A stretch of 64,000 nt of DNA from Stegostoma tigrinum (taxonomy: Eukaryota): contig NC_081396.1 in the NCBI RefSeq assembly GCF_030684315.1, positions 3,782,001 to 3,846,000 on the forward strand, in the 5' to 3' direction. Position numbers and translations under genes: made by a program. Below are positions 61,663 through 64,000 of this stretch, piece after piece (the first letter of the stretch is position 1; the number at the start of each line of letters is the position of its first letter). The notes under the pieces are model-generated. The model saw nothing but the letters and a program-made list of their open reading frames with translations. It had not been told where the DNA came from and did not search any database.

Positions 61663-62038
61663 CAGTATTTCTCATGGGTGAGGAATGTTAGAATGCAATA
61701 CACGTTGAGTCTATTATTAATCTTTATTGCACATCTCAAGGAATGTTGAAAATTAAAGTGAAGTGGATATTTACTCCCCAACGAGAGTGTGGCATACATG
61801 CCCGAGGAGTGTTAGTGTTGAAAGGAATGTTGTTGCAGTTCGACACTGCGCTGAAATCAGACTATATTTGACTTGATAATGTTAATTTGAATAAAATAGA
61901 GGAATATTTCTTCTGAACATACTGAGTCTGTGCAATCACTGCCAACATCTGATGCAACAATACAAAGAATTCTTTAACTCACAACGTTGTTTTCCTGATT
62001 TCGCATTGTTTGATATCAGAGACAACAGGGACAAATTC
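61663..62038 (-). pseudogene. V-set exon relic, copy B
   Basis: GICPCCL*YQ..VS*RILCIVASDVGS../QYVQKKYS..FTLIFNI..VQ..DS/VYC..AATACTG|gtgaga, followed by CACAACG-23-AGTAAAGCC; acceptor mutated AG>GG. Confidence 0.35.
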
Positions 62039-62936
62039 CCGCATCAATCCTTTGCATTACAGATTTCTGTCTTATATTTGTAGAGCTACATAATATATGC
62101 TATGTGTAACATGTGTACATCCCATGCATCAAGGCCAATCGTGTGTGTCATAGGGTAGTTTATATCATTTTAATCTGCCTTTAAACTTATTTCTTTGTTT
62201 TGCTTTGTTCGACAAATATTCAACTACAGTAAAGATGCATAATTTTAGTTTTTACGTTTGAGATAGGATACAATTACACCAAAGTGGAGAGTGAATATCT
62301 ACGGACGATATTACGGAGAGGTTTTTTCACGAGGAAATGAGCGTGAAGAGCGTGGGCTGTTCTTGTAAAACATGAATCTCAGGGTAAATATTGAAGAGGT
62401 GTATACTAATTCTCACTGACCAACTTAGAGCAAATGTCACTTGTAATGCCAGAAGAATTGGAACCAGAAGTAAACACTCTACCGATGGAGATTGTTCTTC
62501 CATTCAATGACATCATGTTTGAATATTCAATCCTCACCTCCACATTTCAGCCTTGTCCTCGCGAGCGTTGATTCCATCACCAATTAAAAATCTGTTCTTT
62601 TCGCCTTTGAAAATATATTACAAACCAACCACAACATTCTTCTCTGATACAGAATTCCACAGATTCAAGGCATTTATGGAGAAGAAATTCTCGTCTGCCT
62701 TAAATTTGTGACCTCTAATTCAGAAACCATATCCTTTGCTCCTAAACTCTCTCAAAAAGGAAATAATATTTCTAAAACGATACAGTTCCTGCAAAGTAAT
62801 ACATCTTTCAATGCGTCACCATGCAAAATTCTACAGTGCGTTGAGAACCGGCCCTGAAATACTCAACCTTCACTCACAAGACAGTCCCTACATTCTTGGG
62901 ATCATTCAACTGAATCAAATGCCGATTATCTCGCAT

Positions 62937-63146
62937 AATAACAAAGTGTGAAGCTGGATGAACACAGCAGGCCAAGCAGCATCTCAGGCGCACAAAAGCT
63001 GACGTTTCGGTCCGAGACCCTTCATCAAACCTCGAGGCCCGAAACGTCAGCTTCTGTGCTCCTGAGATGCTGCTTGGCCTGGTGTGTTCACCGAGCTTCA
63101 CACTTTGTTTTCTTGGATTCTCCAGCATTTGCAGTTCCCATTATCT
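62937..63146. mobile_element. Penelope-derived hairpin element with 15-bp target-site duplication
   Basis: Arms aacaaagtgtgaagct..gctgacgtttcgg / ccgaaacgtcagc..agcttcacactttgtt; flanks ccgattatctcgcat (62922-62936) and ccgattatctcacat (63147-63161). Confidence 0.85.
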
Positions 63147-64000
63147 CCGATTATCTCACATTCGACTGCATCTTCTCTTCGACACAAAGCCCAAAGCAGG
63201 TCCGAGCATTCTATCTGTTTTGTGACGGGTGATTGTGTAGCTTTAACAAGGTGGAGAATTTCATAGAATTGTACTGTCCGAGAAAGCCTTTCAGTCTAAC
63301 TTATTTGCACCGAGTAGAGATCCCAAGCTAACTTAGTATGACTTGGAAGCATTTGGTCCACATTCCTCGAAATTCTTCGCATTCACAGACCCATCCAGGT
63401 TCATTGTAAATGTTGTCATTCTATGTATCTACATCATTTCCTCTGACAGCCCGTTCCACAGACGCAGCACCCTCTGCCTGAAAAAAATACCCTGTAGATC
63501 CTTTTTAAAAATTCCCCTCCCGCCTTAATCAAATAATCTCGAGTTTTGGGCTCACACACACCAAAAGGAGTCCTTGGAGATTCAACCAATCAAAGCCCCT
63601 TGAGATTTATAAATTTCAATAAGGTCATCTCTCAGCCTCCGATGCTGCAGAGAAAATGTCTATTCAGCCCTTGCCGACAGAAAAAATTCTCCAGTTCCAG
63701 CACCATCCATGCGAATCTTAGCTTCATTCTCTCAAATTCCACTATTTTAACAAAACCCTCCCGATATAATTCCCAATACAATTGTATGAAGTATTCCAAA
63801 AGTGCCCACATGAATGTCCTATGAAGTTGCAACATGACATCACAACTCCTGCACTAAAGTTCTGACCAATGATGCCAAATGTGCCAAATGTCTTCTTCTC
63901 CTTACAGCACAGAAACAAATTTGCCAGACCGACCATTCCTGAAGACCATAACTCCAATGTAAAGACGTGCAGACACTTGGCCAATATCCGTCCAAATCTT

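Larger units (their letters stand above)
60360..64000 (+). repeat. Segmental duplication, copy B (runs off the window end)
   Basis: Same anchors as copy A; includes a DeuSINE at 60360-60645 and a reverse CR1 3' region at 62540-64000. Confidence 0.85.

Overview
Repeat-rich cartilaginous-fish genomic DNA, most likely an orectolobiform shark given a nurse-shark-like VH and HE1/DeuSINE-type repeats. It holds one complete, unrearranged, apparently intact IgM heavy-chain cluster on the minus strand. The order is TATA/leader (30884-30932), VH (30452-30756, 23-RSS), D1 (12/22), D2 (12/12), JH (23-RSS), a ~10 kb J-C intron, CH1-CH4 with secretory tail and poly(A), then TM1 and TM2 (ending 9107). All splice phases join in frame. 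Most of the rest is decayed CR1/L2-type LINEs, SINEs, a Penelope-like element and Penelope-derived hairpins. The most unexpected signal lies upstream of the VH promoter on the same strand: heavily eroded Ig-superfamily exon relics. One set (31.4-36.1 kb) reads as V(+in-frame J-like GNGAT)-C-C-C-tail/poly(A)-TM. Two further V-like relics (54.7-55.05 kb and 61.66-62.04 kb) sit inside an old segmental duplication, with a C1-like relic at 52.5 kb. The relic calls come from by-eye motif and spacing recognition across stops and frameshifts and need profile-HMM confirmation.
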